This document shows, one piece after another, positions 12,680 to 22,766 of a DNA stretch of 64,000 nucleotides. Position numbers and translations under genes: made by a program. The DNA is from Picochlorum sp. SENEW3 (lineage: Eukaryota). The first letter of the stretch is position 1; the number at the start of each line of letters is the position of its first letter. The notes beneath the pieces were generated by a model, which saw nothing but the letters and a program-made list of their open reading frames with translations, did not search any database and had not been told where the DNA came from. The DNA is taken from the NCBI GenBank assembly GCA_034226945.1, contig CP120459.1, positions 620,001 to 684,000 of the forward strand, written 5' to 3'.

Positions 12680-12999
12680 AGTGTAGATGAATTAATGTAA
12701 ATAGGTTTAGAGGGAATTGTTACTCCATTGCATGGGCAGTGCTTGAAATGATCTTCGATTGAATTCAAGCAGGGTTGCATGTCTAAATAAAGAATTAAAA
12801 AGCATCCAAAAGCACCATGAAGAATCTAGAGATTCCTACACAGATTCCTGACCCTCTACCTTCATCAGCAACTTTCTTTTTCTCCAATTTTTTGCATACG
12901 AATATATCATCTTGTGTGTCTGCTCCTAGGGAGACCAGTACCAGTTGAGTCAACGACGCTGCAAGTTGTCATCAATCAATAAATTTGCAATACGTGGAG

Positions 13000-14460
13000 A
13001 TGGCATCACGCGTGTGTATTGGTCAGAATTCCTGTTATAAAACTGTAGCAGGAATTCCTTTGAGAAATGTGAATCGCCTGGGATATCATCATGGCAGTGT
13101 CCAGGTGGGAAAGGTTGAGGTTGCCAAGAGGTGCCTTGCCAAGAAATCCTGGCGAATCGAGACTGCTGCTGAAGGAATGTATTCTGACATTGCTCCAAAT
13201 GTTCCAAAGAGAGTATGCATTATGGTGGAGCCTAGTCCTTTTACCTATGTTTGTGGGTATATGAACAGGTATAGGAACACAATCAAGTATCTGACAGAGT
13301 TGGGCTGTGAGGTTATGGTTGTCGCTCCTGGGAAGGGGGTTAGTGTGCCTGGCGTGGATACCTCTGCCTTTGTCGATCAGCCAGAGGAATACTGCGGGGC
13401 ACGTGTAGTAGAGGCATTCAGTTTCAGTTTCCCCTGGTATGGTCCCCTGCCATTATCGTTTGGACTGTCGCCAAGGATTTACAAGGAGATCAAAGAGTTT
13501 AATCCAGACGTGATTCATTGTAGTAGCCCTGGAGTTATGTGGTTTGCAGCTTTACTTTACTCGAGGTTCTTGAAAGCTCCATTGGTGTACTCGTACCATA
13601 CTCATGTTCCACAGTACATGCCCAATTACAATTTTGGTGCATGGTTGGTGCCCTTGATGTGGAGCATTATTCGTTTTTTCCATAACGCTGCTCACCTGAC
13701 GTTGGCGACATCATCCGTATTGGCAGAAGAGCTCGCTGAAAATGACGCACCTGGCAAGGAAGGAGTATCTGTTTGGAAGAAGGGCGTGTGCTCAGAGACT
13801 TTCCACCCTAAATTTGAATGTGAAAAGATGAGAGAACGTTTGACACAGGGCAACCCCGAGGCACCACTCTTACTTTCTGTTGGAAGATTGGGATTTGAAA
13901 AGAACCTGACATTTTTGAAAGGAATTCTTGAAAGAAACCCTGGGGCCAGACTTGCATTTGTTGGGGATGGACCTGCTAGAGAGGAGTTGGAGGAGTACTT
14001 CAAGGGGACCCCAACGTATTTTGCTGGATTGCTGATGGGAGAAGAATTGGCAGCAGCGTATGCGTCAGCTGATGTCTTTTTGATGCCATCAGAGTCGGAG
14101 ACACTTGGCTTTGTGGTGTTGGAAGCCATGGCCAGTGGAAAGCCAGTTGTTGCTGTGAGGGCTGGTGGGATTCCAGACATTCTGACCAAAGAGGGAGAAA
14201 CAGGTTTTCTTTATGAGAGTGAAGATGTGGATACTGCCTCCTCGCTTGTTCAAAAATTGCTGGGAGATGAGCAATTGAGGCAAAAAGTTGGGGAAGCTGC
14301 TCGGGAGGAAGTAGGATTATGGGACTGGAGAGCTGCGACAAAGCATCTCATGCATGTACAATATCCAGCAGCGATGGCCGCAGCAGCCATGTACTATGGC
14401 AAAGCTGTATCAGAATCTGTTGGACAGATGGATATGGGGAACACTGCCCAAGCGTACTGA
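13000..14460 (+). CDS. SQD2: Sulfoquinovosyldiacylglycerol synthase (GT4)
   Basis: 'VEPSPFTYVCGYMNRY', 'SYHTHVP' and 'MPSESETLGFVVLEAMASG'; transit peptide. Confidence 0.9.
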   Translation: MASRVCIGQNSCYKTVAGIPLRNVNRLGYHHGSVQVGKVEVAKRCLAKKSWRIETAAEGMYSDIAPNVPKRVCIMVEPSPFTYVCGYMNRYRNTIKYLTELGCEVMVVAPGKGVSVPGVDTSAFVDQPEEYCGARVVEAFSFSFPWYGPLPLSFGLSPRIYKEIKEFNPDVIHCSSPGVMWFAALLYSRFLKAPLVYSYHTHVPQYMPNYNFGAWLVPLMWSIIRFFHNAAHLTLATSSVLAEELAENDAPGKEGVSVWKKGVCSETFHPKFECEKMRERLTQGNPEAPLLLSVGRLGFEKNLTFLKGILERNPGARLAFVGDGPAREELEEYFKGTPTYFAGLLMGEELAAAYASADVFLMPSESETLGFVVLEAMASGKPVVAVRAGGIPDILTKEGETGFLYESEDVDTASSLVQKLLGDEQLRQKVGEAAREEVGLWDWRAATKHLMHVQYPAAMAAAAMYYGKAVSESVGQMDMGNTAQAY

Positions 14461-14596
14461 AATGTGGCATGCACGGATCTTTTTGATGTTGATTCCTAGC
14501 GCACAAATGATACTTGATATTTTTGTTTCCTTTACGATGCTTCTCCTTTTGATTTGATTTATTTGATCTGTAAGTGAATACAAGTTTGTGTACAAA

Positions 14597-16099
14597 TCAT
14601 CCTTTTTTCTTCGCTCTCTCACGATCCCGTTTGATCTTCTGATAAACTTTCCTGCATTGTCTATCTGTTCTGCCAGGCAAGAGTTTTGCAATTTTTGCCC
14701 ACGGTATTCTACCAGTATACTTTGCCACTTCGTTGACAACTATATCGCGCTCTTCTTTCGTGAATGCCACTTCACTTTGCACATTTGGATCTAAATGATT
14801 CACATAGCGTTCTCTACATTGAACCTCAGTTCGCCCCGGAACAAGTTTGGCAACTTTGGACCATTCCTTACCACTGATTGCCACTGCTTTTAGCAGCATT
14901 TCATCTTCACTTTTGCTCCATGGTCCTTTTTTGGCGACCAAAATTCCCCCCTCTGTCCCCTGTTGGTGTTTTCTCCACATATACATGAGTTTATTGGCAG
15001 GCCAGGCACCTCCAAACTCACTTTCAATTCTTTTCCAAGCCTGGCCGTGCTCTGCTACAAGTTTCTGGAGCTTTGATGTATCCCGCTCGGTCCAGTCTAC
15101 ATTTTTCTTATCGCTTTGCTGTTTTTCTACCTGTATCTTTTCGTATTGGCGAAGGCAGTCAATGGGGACACGGCCTGGAAGACGCTCAGCAACTAGAATC
15201 CAAGAGTGCTCTCCATGTTGCTCTACATATTCAAGTAACTTCTGATTCTCCTCCTGACTGAAAGGACCATCTTTTCTTAATGGATTAAGTCTATTCATCC
15301 ATTGCAATTTGCATTCCACGCCCGTGCGCGAAGCAAGGTGTCTCGATGCCAGGGTTGCCCACTCACCATCAGTGAATGTCTCTGCTATTTCTAATATTTT
15401 TGATGATTCCAATGACAGAGATCTCATCGGTCTTTGCATCTTCTCAAAATCCTCTATAGTATCAATAGACTTGAGCATCTCATTTGTCATACGCTCCTTG
15501 GCAATCTCCTCAACACCCTTCCGAAGGCTCTCACATTCATCAGGAGCCCAAGCACCTGATCTGTTCACAAGAGGAAGATGTTTGGAGATGAATATCATAG
15601 AACTAGCATCCTTATAGCCAGGTAATTTTTCACAATTTGCATGGGCCCAAAACCAAGATTTCCCGGAGTATTCCATCTTTGTATTCCCCACAGAGTATGT
15701 ATGAGGAACAGATGCCTTTTTCCTTTTCCTCAACACTGACAAATCCAGCATGTCTTGTATGGCATCACGAGATACCCTAGACTTCTCAACAGTACTCAGA
15801 AGAAGCTTAACTCTATCTTGCAGCTGTATATTGACTTCCAATGCACGTTCAACGCGAGCCTTTTTACTCCAACTTGGCATAGCTTCGTCCAAATAGAGCA
15901 CACTCTCGTCATGATGATGCTTTATTTCATCGTCGCTTGAATCCTTTATTTCCGTTCTATCGATATATACGAAATCTTCTCCCAAGAGTTTCCTGATTTC
16001 CTCATTCTCCGCTTCATACGCAGCATTTTGCTGCCTGAGAGCCTCAAGCTCGTCCAATTCAAATGGTTGAACGCCCTCTTCTGAGGAGCGTTTCCCCAT
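14597..16099 (-). CDS. Multi-repeat MYB protein, SNAPc subunit 4 (SNAP190/MYB4R1)-like
   Basis: About 4.5 MYB repeats (e.g. 'KGPWSKSEDEMLL...PGRTEVQCRERY') after an N-terminal coiled coil. Confidence 0.75.
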   Translation of the reverse strand: MGKRSSEEGVQPFELDELEALRQQNAAYEAENEEIRKLLGEDFVYIDRTEIKDSSDDEIKHHHDESVLYLDEAMPSWSKKARVERALEVNIQLQDRVKLLLSTVEKSRVSRDAIQDMLDLSVLRKRKKASVPHTYSVGNTKMEYSGKSWFWAHANCEKLPGYKDASSMIFISKHLPLVNRSGAWAPDECESLRKGVEEIAKERMTNEMLKSIDTIEDFEKMQRPMRSLSLESSKILEIAETFTDGEWATLASRHLASRTGVECKLQWMNRLNPLRKDGPFSQEENQKLLEYVEQHGEHSWILVAERLPGRVPIDCLRQYEKIQVEKQQSDKKNVDWTERDTSKLQKLVAEHGQAWKRIESEFGGAWPANKLMYMWRKHQQGTEGGILVAKKGPWSKSEDEMLLKAVAISGKEWSKVAKLVPGRTEVQCRERYVNHLDPNVQSEVAFTKEERDIVVNEVAKYTGRIPWAKIAKLLPGRTDRQCRKVYQKIKRDRERAKKKG

Positions 16100-16203
16100 A
16101 TTCTTACTATTTTCAGTGTTTAACAATTATAATAGTATGATTATTTCTCAGCATGACGAGTAACGGCATTGAATCAGCCAATCTCAATTTGATGGCACAC
16201 AAT

Positions 16204-18768
16204 CTAGTTGCTGCTCACAGTTCCATCGTCGTTCACATAGTATCCCCTTGATGTTTCAACAAAGTTCTGGCCATTCATCACAGAAGGAACGGCTTCCGAT
16301 GTTCTCGGCGGCGTGGGGTCTTCGAAATCCAAATACCTACCATTTCTCCTGTCATAAGACAGTGAACAGTTGCCAATGGTTCCAGCGGCTTTATTTCTCA
16401 CTTTCCTGACCAAGATCTCCACAGAATCAGGAGATTCTCCATCAGGATCTCTATTTCTATGAATGACAATACCATTATCAGCCTTGTTGATAAAATGAGC
16501 GGATCCAGATATATCATACAAATTGGGTGCTTCTCCTTTCCACTGATGCAGTTGCCTAGGATGTGCAACAAACCACACATGGACACCTGCTGTCTGAGCA
16601 AATCTCTTCACTTTGGTCAGCATTTTACTAACGTATTCTGTTTCGCTCATAGAAGAAGGCCGCTGATGATCTAGTTCATTGTACGGATCAATCACGAGTC
16701 CTCTAATGCCATAACGATAGACTGCTGCTCGCGCTATATCTAAAACCCAATCCACACTTGGCAATTCGTCATCCTCGTAGCGAATTAAATGAAATCTGTC
16801 ATCCACCCAATCCATCGCACTATCAAGCTCCTCGAAAGACATTCTAGGAGTACCCTTACTATATGGCAAATCGAAAAAAGGTTTGCCAACATACTTCTCT
16901 GCCAGCTGCCTTGCATGGTCTGTTGCCCTCTTCTCCATCGAGCACATGGCAAACTGCCATCCCTGTTGCTCGGACAAATTACAAAGCAATGCGTCAATCC
17001 ATTCACTTTTACCGCTATTTGGTACCCCAGTCACGATGGTAAGTTCTCCTGGCACTACTCTGTAGTACCTGTCTAAAGTGGGCCACCCTGTCTTTACACC
17101 TTGGCCATCTTTCAGTTCCAGGTAGTAATACTTCATAATATCGTCATAATACTCATGAAACCTTAAAAGCCCTCGTATTGGCAGGGGCTCGGCGCTTTCT
17201 ACGAAATTTTGTAACATCTTTGGTCCATCTTTCATGAGCACTTCATTGGCATCTTTTCGATACCATGCCGGGTCTGGCTGCCCTGGCTTGACAGATTCCG
17301 TTTCTGTTTCAGATACATCAAAATTTCGTTCGTCTCCAAATGTCCTTGCAATGAATTCGTGGTCTTCTCGAGTGAAAGGCCACCGTACCCTCCAGCATCT
17401 CTCTCTACCAAGCCTTCTTGCCAACTCCTCTGCCAAAGCATCACCTGGTGCATCATTATCTGTCGCGATGATGATTCTGACAGCTTGATCCAACCAAGCC
17501 CTTGAATTCCATAGATATGAATACTTTGTATCCTCTTCTGCTGTGGGCAACTCACCCTCCTTCACCCTGGCAGGTGCCCCGTCTGGCACACTCACAACAT
17601 TGGTGACTCCTGCTTCTTCCATGGCAAGTTTATCCATTTCACCTTCGACAATTATTAGCTCACTTTCTCCCACAACGTCATTGAGTCCATACAACATCTT
17701 TTCAGCCCCTTTCACTTGCCAAAATCTCTTGTCTAGAGATCTATATTTCACATTCACAAGCGTGTCATGTGTGTGATATGGAAAGCCAATGACTCGAGAC
17801 TTTTTCTTCAACATCGGATCGTATGTTTCAACGCACGAAACTCTGTTGCGGTCGAGTGTCTCCTTTCTGATACCTCTGGAAGAGAAGAAATCCAACATTT
17901 CTTGGGTCAATGGCTCCAATTGCACTTGAGGACGCACAATGGGTTCCTCCTTTCTCTTTCTTGAAGATGGCGGAACTAGAAAACCTGCCTTGCTTGCTAC
18001 ATTTTTATTGTCGGCATGACATCCCCCGGAGAAGCCACAAGTTGCCCGAAAGCAGTTCCACTTTGCAGACTTCTTCTCTGGATCGATTGTCACACTCAAA
18101 CTCTTTTCTCCACTGCTGCCACCTTGACATTTCGGACACAAAACTCGGTGTTCTCCAGAATTATATATTGGAAGATCAATCATATGCTGCTTTAGAGCAT
18201 TTTCAATACTATTGGCTGGCATCAGGTTTCTTTCTTCATCCTTCTTTGGCTCCACGCTAGGCTTTAATTCCTGTGGAGGATTTTTTGCCGTCAACGAGAC
18301 ATATCGGTCGGCTGGCCTTCTTTGTGGCAATGGAATCATACGATCGAGTTCGCCTTGCTCAGGATGCTCCGGGTCAGCTGTGTACAACAACTTCTTGGCA
18401 GATTCAAAACCCTTCATCCCATGATTCTCAGGCTTCCTCATCAACCTCGCAAATTCAGACTCCGGTATACCCATCTCTTTCAACCTTGGCCCATCCTCAA
18501 GCAAACGCGGAAGGACATTAGCCTTGGCCAAGGCAAGCAAATACTGCCGATGACGAAACTCTACAGGAGGCTCTACCTTCTCCCCTCGCTCCTCCTCGAC
18601 ATTCCTTGCTCGAACCGGTTTCTGATTGAATCCTGCATTACAAACCATTACATTGGTCACCACGTATTCGAGTTTTCCACACGTGTTTGCATGTTTGAGA
18701 CAGGAAGTAGAACTGCATTGCATACAAGCACAACGCACGTTGCCCCCTGTTGTTCCAAGTCGATGCAC
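16204..18768 (-). CDS. Twinkle organellar primase-helicase (T7 gp4-like)
   Basis: Zn finger CPKC...CFRATC, TOPRIM 'IIVEGEMD' and 'ATDND', Walker A 'TGVPNSGKS', 'VIDPYNEL'; true 5' exon(s) near 18.9 kb uncertain. Confidence 0.9.
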   Translation of the reverse strand: MHRLGTTGGNVRCACMQCSSTSCLKHANTCGKLEYVVTNVMVCNAGFNQKPVRARNVEEERGEKVEPPVEFRHRQYLLALAKANVLPRLLEDGPRLKEMGIPESEFARLMRKPENHGMKGFESAKKLLYTADPEHPEQGELDRMIPLPQRRPADRYVSLTAKNPPQELKPSVEPKKDEERNLMPANSIENALKQHMIDLPIYNSGEHRVLCPKCQGGSSGEKSLSVTIDPEKKSAKWNCFRATCGFSGGCHADNKNVASKAGFLVPPSSRKRKEEPIVRPQVQLEPLTQEMLDFFSSRGIRKETLDRNRVSCVETYDPMLKKKSRVIGFPYHTHDTLVNVKYRSLDKRFWQVKGAEKMLYGLNDVVGESELIIVEGEMDKLAMEEAGVTNVVSVPDGAPARVKEGELPTAEEDTKYSYLWNSRAWLDQAVRIIIATDNDAPGDALAEELARRLGRERCWRVRWPFTREDHEFIARTFGDERNFDVSETETESVKPGQPDPAWYRKDANEVLMKDGPKMLQNFVESAEPLPIRGLLRFHEYYDDIMKYYYLELKDGQGVKTGWPTLDRYYRVVPGELTIVTGVPNSGKSEWIDALLCNLSEQQGWQFAMCSMEKRATDHARQLAEKYVGKPFFDLPYSKGTPRMSFEELDSAMDWVDDRFHLIRYEDDELPSVDWVLDIARAAVYRYGIRGLVIDPYNELDHQRPSSMSETEYVSKMLTKVKRFAQTAGVHVWFVAHPRQLHQWKGEAPNLYDISGSAHFINKADNGIVIHRNRDPDGESPDSVEILVRKVRNKAAGTIGNCSLSYDRRNGRYLDFEDPTPPRTSEAVPSVMNGQNFVETSRGYYVNDDGTVSSN

Positions 18769-19135
18769 AACGAATGCATCCTCTCACTACTTGTTCGATA
18801 CTTTTTTTTCTGTACAACAGCATGGAGTTCATCGTATTCTGGCGACTCTTTCCTGGTATGTTCATACTGCCCCTGGTCTGCTACTCAAAAATAATCGCCT
18901 TGCATGAATCATTGAATCATCGTTTTTTAACCACTATGCTTTGTTTATTTTTTTTCCTTAACATGCAGCAGGGATGCAGTTCGACTGGAAAACATTCCAG
19001 CCTATTTCCGTAAATAGATATGTTTGCCTGAACCAATCCCACCGACCGAAACACACACAAATACCCTCGACTCTGTCATGTTCTGATTGAATATCAATCT
19101 ATATTTGTCAGTACGAGACGAAGAAGAGGAATACA

Positions 19136-20839
19136 ATGACAGGGCCTCAGTTACAAATTCAAGGAGAGCGTTTCAGTGGGCAAGACGTCCGCTCGCAAAA
19201 CACGACGGCAGCTTTGGCTGTTGCAAATGTTTTAAAATCTAGTCTTGGTCCAGTGGGTTTGGACAAGGTATGTTTGAATAGAGTGGCTGTTCAAAGTAGA
19301 CTGATTGACGGTGTTTGACGGTGTGGGACGCAGATGCTCGTGGATGACATTGGGGATGTGACAATAACAAATGATGGTGCTACAATATTGAAGTTATTGG
19401 AGGTGGAACATCCTGCGGCGAAGATTTTGGTGGAGCTTGCCGACCTTCAAGATCAGGAAGTGGGTGACGGGACAACGTCCGTGGTCATCGTAGCTTGTGA
19501 GCTGCTCAAGCGCGCGAATGAGCTCGTGAAAGCCAAAATACACCCTACGTCGATCATTAGTGGCTACCGTCTCGCTATGCGCGAGGCATGCAAGTATGTG
19601 AAGAACACACTGGCACGAGATGTGGGTTCTTTGAATGAAGCAGTGCTTTTAAATGCTGCCAAAACGTCCATGAGCAGTAAAGTGATCGGGGGGGACTCGG
19701 ATTATTTCGCATCTCTGGCAGTAGAGGCTGTTACATGTGTCAAGTCTATCAAAGACGATGGCAGAGTCCACTACCCAGTGGGTGCAATCAATGTGCTGAA
19801 AGCCCAGGGGAGGAATATGAGAGAAAGCAGGGTTTTGGACGGATACGCATTGAATTTAGGTCGAGCTGCTCAGGGTATGCCAAAACATGTGTCAAATGTG
19901 AAAATAGCGTGCCTTGATATGAACTTGCAGAAGGCACGCATGGCAATGGGAGTGCAAGTCTTGGTCACTGACCCTGCTGAATTAGAAAAGATTCGTCAAA
20001 GGGAAAGCGATATAACCAGAGAGAGAATCCAAAAAATACTGGATGCTGGTGCAAATGTGATACTGACAACGAAAGGAATAGATGATATGTGCTTGAAGTA
20101 TTTTGTAGAGGCGGGTGCTATTGCCTGCAGGCGGGTCGCACGTGATGACATGCGAAGAATTGCCCGCATGACCGGCGCGACAATTGTTTCTACTCTTGCG
20201 GATGATGAAGGCAATGAATCATTCGATTCAGAATGCCTAGGATCTGCTGAAGAAGTGTACGAGGATTCCATCTCTGACAATGATATGATTCTAATTAGAC
20301 CTCACTCGACAGCAGAGGCGAGAGCTGCAACTGTTTTGCTGAGGGGTGCGAACGATTACCTCTTGGATGAGGTTGATAGATCCCTTCATGACGCATTCTG
20401 TATCGTGAAAAGAGTGTTAGAGAGTGGAAAGGTGGTTCCAGGTGGCGGAGCTGTTGAATGTGCTCTCAGTGTGCATCTGGAAAGTTATGCAACCACCCTT
20501 GAGAGCAGGGAGCAATTGGCCATCGCAGAGTTTGCTGACGCATTGCTTGTCATTCCAAAGACATTGGCTGTAAACGCTGCTAAAGATGCAATCGAGTTAG
20601 TTGCAAAACTTAGAGCATACCATCACGCGGCACAGGAGGCTGGTCAAGGAAAAGAGCACTTGGCTGACTATGGGTTGGATCTAATCAATGGTGTGGTGAG
20701 GAATAATGTTGAAGCAGGAGTGCTAGAACCGATGCTTTCCAAGGTCAAGATGATTCAATTTGCGACAGAGGCAGCAATTACAATTTTAAGAATCGACGAT
20801 CTTATTCGATTGGATGAAGATGAAGAGCCACAGGAATAG
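19136..20839 (+). CDS. CCT1: T-complex protein 1 subunit alpha
   Basis: '[29 protein letters not shown]' and 'GDGTTSV'; intron 19268-19333. Confidence 0.95.
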
Positions 20840-21342
20840 CTATGAATTGATGGATGGGGCCCACGAAACAGATAGGATCATCATGTTGTCATAGGCAAAC
20901 CCATCAAGTACATCAATTGCTCGCTGGGCATCCTTAATGTCTGCGAAAAAGACATAAACATTTCCAACGAAAACCCCACTAGGGTTCCTGACCATGTAAA
21001 TTCCCTTCACATGTCCAAATTCTCCAACAAGTTCGAGGATTTCAACCTCCTCTGTATCCTCGGGCATATTGGTGATTCGCACTGTCTCGTCCCTGATGCG
21101 CCCACATTTTTGTCTCCGTATAGTCTCCTTGTTCTGCTTCTCGATATCTCTCTGTGCAAGAGCCTTGGCAAGCAGCCGCAAAGACAATTGTCTCCTAGCC
21201 CGACGACCAGCTCTTGACTTGCTTGTCTTGTCCTTTCCTGCAACAAAAATAGGTACCCATAAGTCAACCTACCCTGCATGCGAAGTATCACATATGCATA
21301 TTTATACATGAAAAAAAGATTCTATGTGAATGTACCTTTCAT
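20840..21342 (-). CDS. Short RRM protein resembling the eIF3g C-terminal RRM
   Basis: 7-nt first exon ATGAAAG, intron 21238-21335; 'TVRITNMPEDTEE...AQRAIDVLDGFAYDNMMILSVSWA'. Confidence 0.65.
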
Positions 21343-21583
21343 ATCGTCCAATCACGAGAGAGGTAATGTCTCGGTTTGAATTCAGTTGGTGATCTGCGGG
21401 AGTCTTTTCACTCGATACAGAGATACTTTGACTAATGGCGGTCACGTAAAGTAAAGATGATCGTTACTTTTGTAGAAATCTTTAGGTAGTACGAAACAGT
21501 TCAGAGCTGAGGACACATCATCGATGGCCCCAACGTTGGCGTTAACGTCTGGGCGCGACGTTGCCATGCGCGCGCGTGATTTG

Positions 21584-21638
21584 CGCCATTAATGGCGAAT
21601 TGAATATTCAATGGCCAAATATTTGGCTTCTTGCAAGA
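21584..21638. repeat. Array of four perfect palindromes (14, 14, 14 and 10 bp) each separated by 1 nt
   Basis: CGCCATTAATGGCG, ATTGAATATTCAAT, GCCAAATATTTGGC, TCTTGCAAGA. Confidence 0.9.
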
Positions 21639-22040
21639 TTCCAGCATACTCATCCTTTACTAAAACAAACAAGTATCGAAATTTTTTGGTATCAGTGAAA
21701 TAACTAGGGTCAGTGAGCCCCGTGGCGAATTTGAGAATTTTCTTGAAAAAAGGACCACGGCGAGTGGGTTTCTCGAAACTATGACGAAGATCTGGCATTT
21801 TCTTCCGACTCAATAATGATTGTTATCCTCCCGTTCTTATTATCACTTTTTCGCAGACGATAGGTCCTCGTGGAGAATTTATGGAAACGAATTCCTCGCG
21901 CATTTCTAAGCGAGCGTACTTGATGTGGTGTTCGCACGATTTTTGCCATTCATTTGGTATCTTCTTTTGATTTTGGGTGCTTCTTGGAGAAAAACTCTTG
22001 TGTGCTAGGAGAAAGAAGCTCCGCCGTCGGAATAAAAACT

Positions 22041-22048
22041 TTAATATA
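22041..22048 (+). promoter_or_regulatory. TATA-like element upstream of the permuted tRNA
   Basis: TTAATATA about 45-50 nt upstream of the tRNA 3' half. Confidence 0.4.
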
Positions 22049-22090
22049 GGTCAAGAAATTCAAATGTGCAATTGCCCATGGGCATTAAAC

Positions 22091-22179
22091 AGGGAAAGGC
22101 CGGGAGTTCGAATCTCTCCAGAAGCACGAAGTTCTATTCTATGCTTCTGTAGTTTAGTGGTTATAATATTCCTTTAGTA
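22091..22179 (+). tRNA. Circularly permuted tRNA-Thr(AGU): 3' half (nt 38-73) at 22091-22126, 16-nt spacer, 5' half (nt 1-37) at 22143-22179
   Basis: Acceptor GCTTCTG/CAGAAGC plus A73; T arm GGGAG-TTCGAAT-CTCTC; T8 A9, A14 G15, G18 G19; anticodon stem TTCCT/GGGAA with loop TT-AGT-A|A. Confidence 0.9.
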
Positions 22180-22185
22180 GCACTC

Positions 22186-22190
22186 TTTTT
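22186..22190 (+). terminator. RNA polymerase III terminator (T5)
   Basis: TTTTT 6 nt after the 5' tRNA half. Confidence 0.7.
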
Positions 22191-22766
22191 GCATTGTATG
22201 ACCGGTAGATTAATTAATTCGTCCATGGCAAGGCCTCGATGACACATGTCTGATGACATGCAGTGTTTTGTTCTTCCATGGAATTCCCAATTGGAATACC
22301 TTGCAAGATATGCGACACAAGAGTCGTTACATGTTTTTTTCGGTTTTGATTTCTGTAGGCTGTACGAAGTACTGTTGATTGATTCATTGAACCATCAGCT
22401 ATCGCCAGGGTCTGAGCCAAGATCTTGCTTAATATGGATGCAAGGCCCCATCGTATGCCCATCATCTTGGAAGATTAGGCACATTACCAAGATTTTTTCA
22501 CAAGCAGAACTCTTCCCTGCTCATCAGCTTGCCTTTGGGCCGGACCAATACAGATGACGAGATAAGAATATACATTGTCATCAATGTCTATATAATTTAA
22601 TGTCCATCAAGAAGCAGATGACTGGGCAATTAGACAGTCAGTCTCACCCCAGAGAGGCCTCCAAACTGCCGCATCATGGGGCCATTCTTTTCTGGATGCA
22701 GCGCACGACATAATGCAGACGCAGTCGTAAATTTCGCTAGGTGTCCAATTTTAGCTACCCAAACAA

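Noticed and set aside
16204..18768. Phage T7 gp4-like primase-helicase as a viral insertion
   Set aside because: It is the ordinary nuclear-encoded organellar Twinkle, with no other viral genes nearby.
22200..22760. Short ORFs on both strands downstream of the tRNA (22214-22465 minus, 22246-22557 plus) and a possible tRNA-snoRNA dicistron
   Set aside because: No recognisable protein or well-formed boxes, and a T5 terminator directly follows the tRNA; left unannotated.
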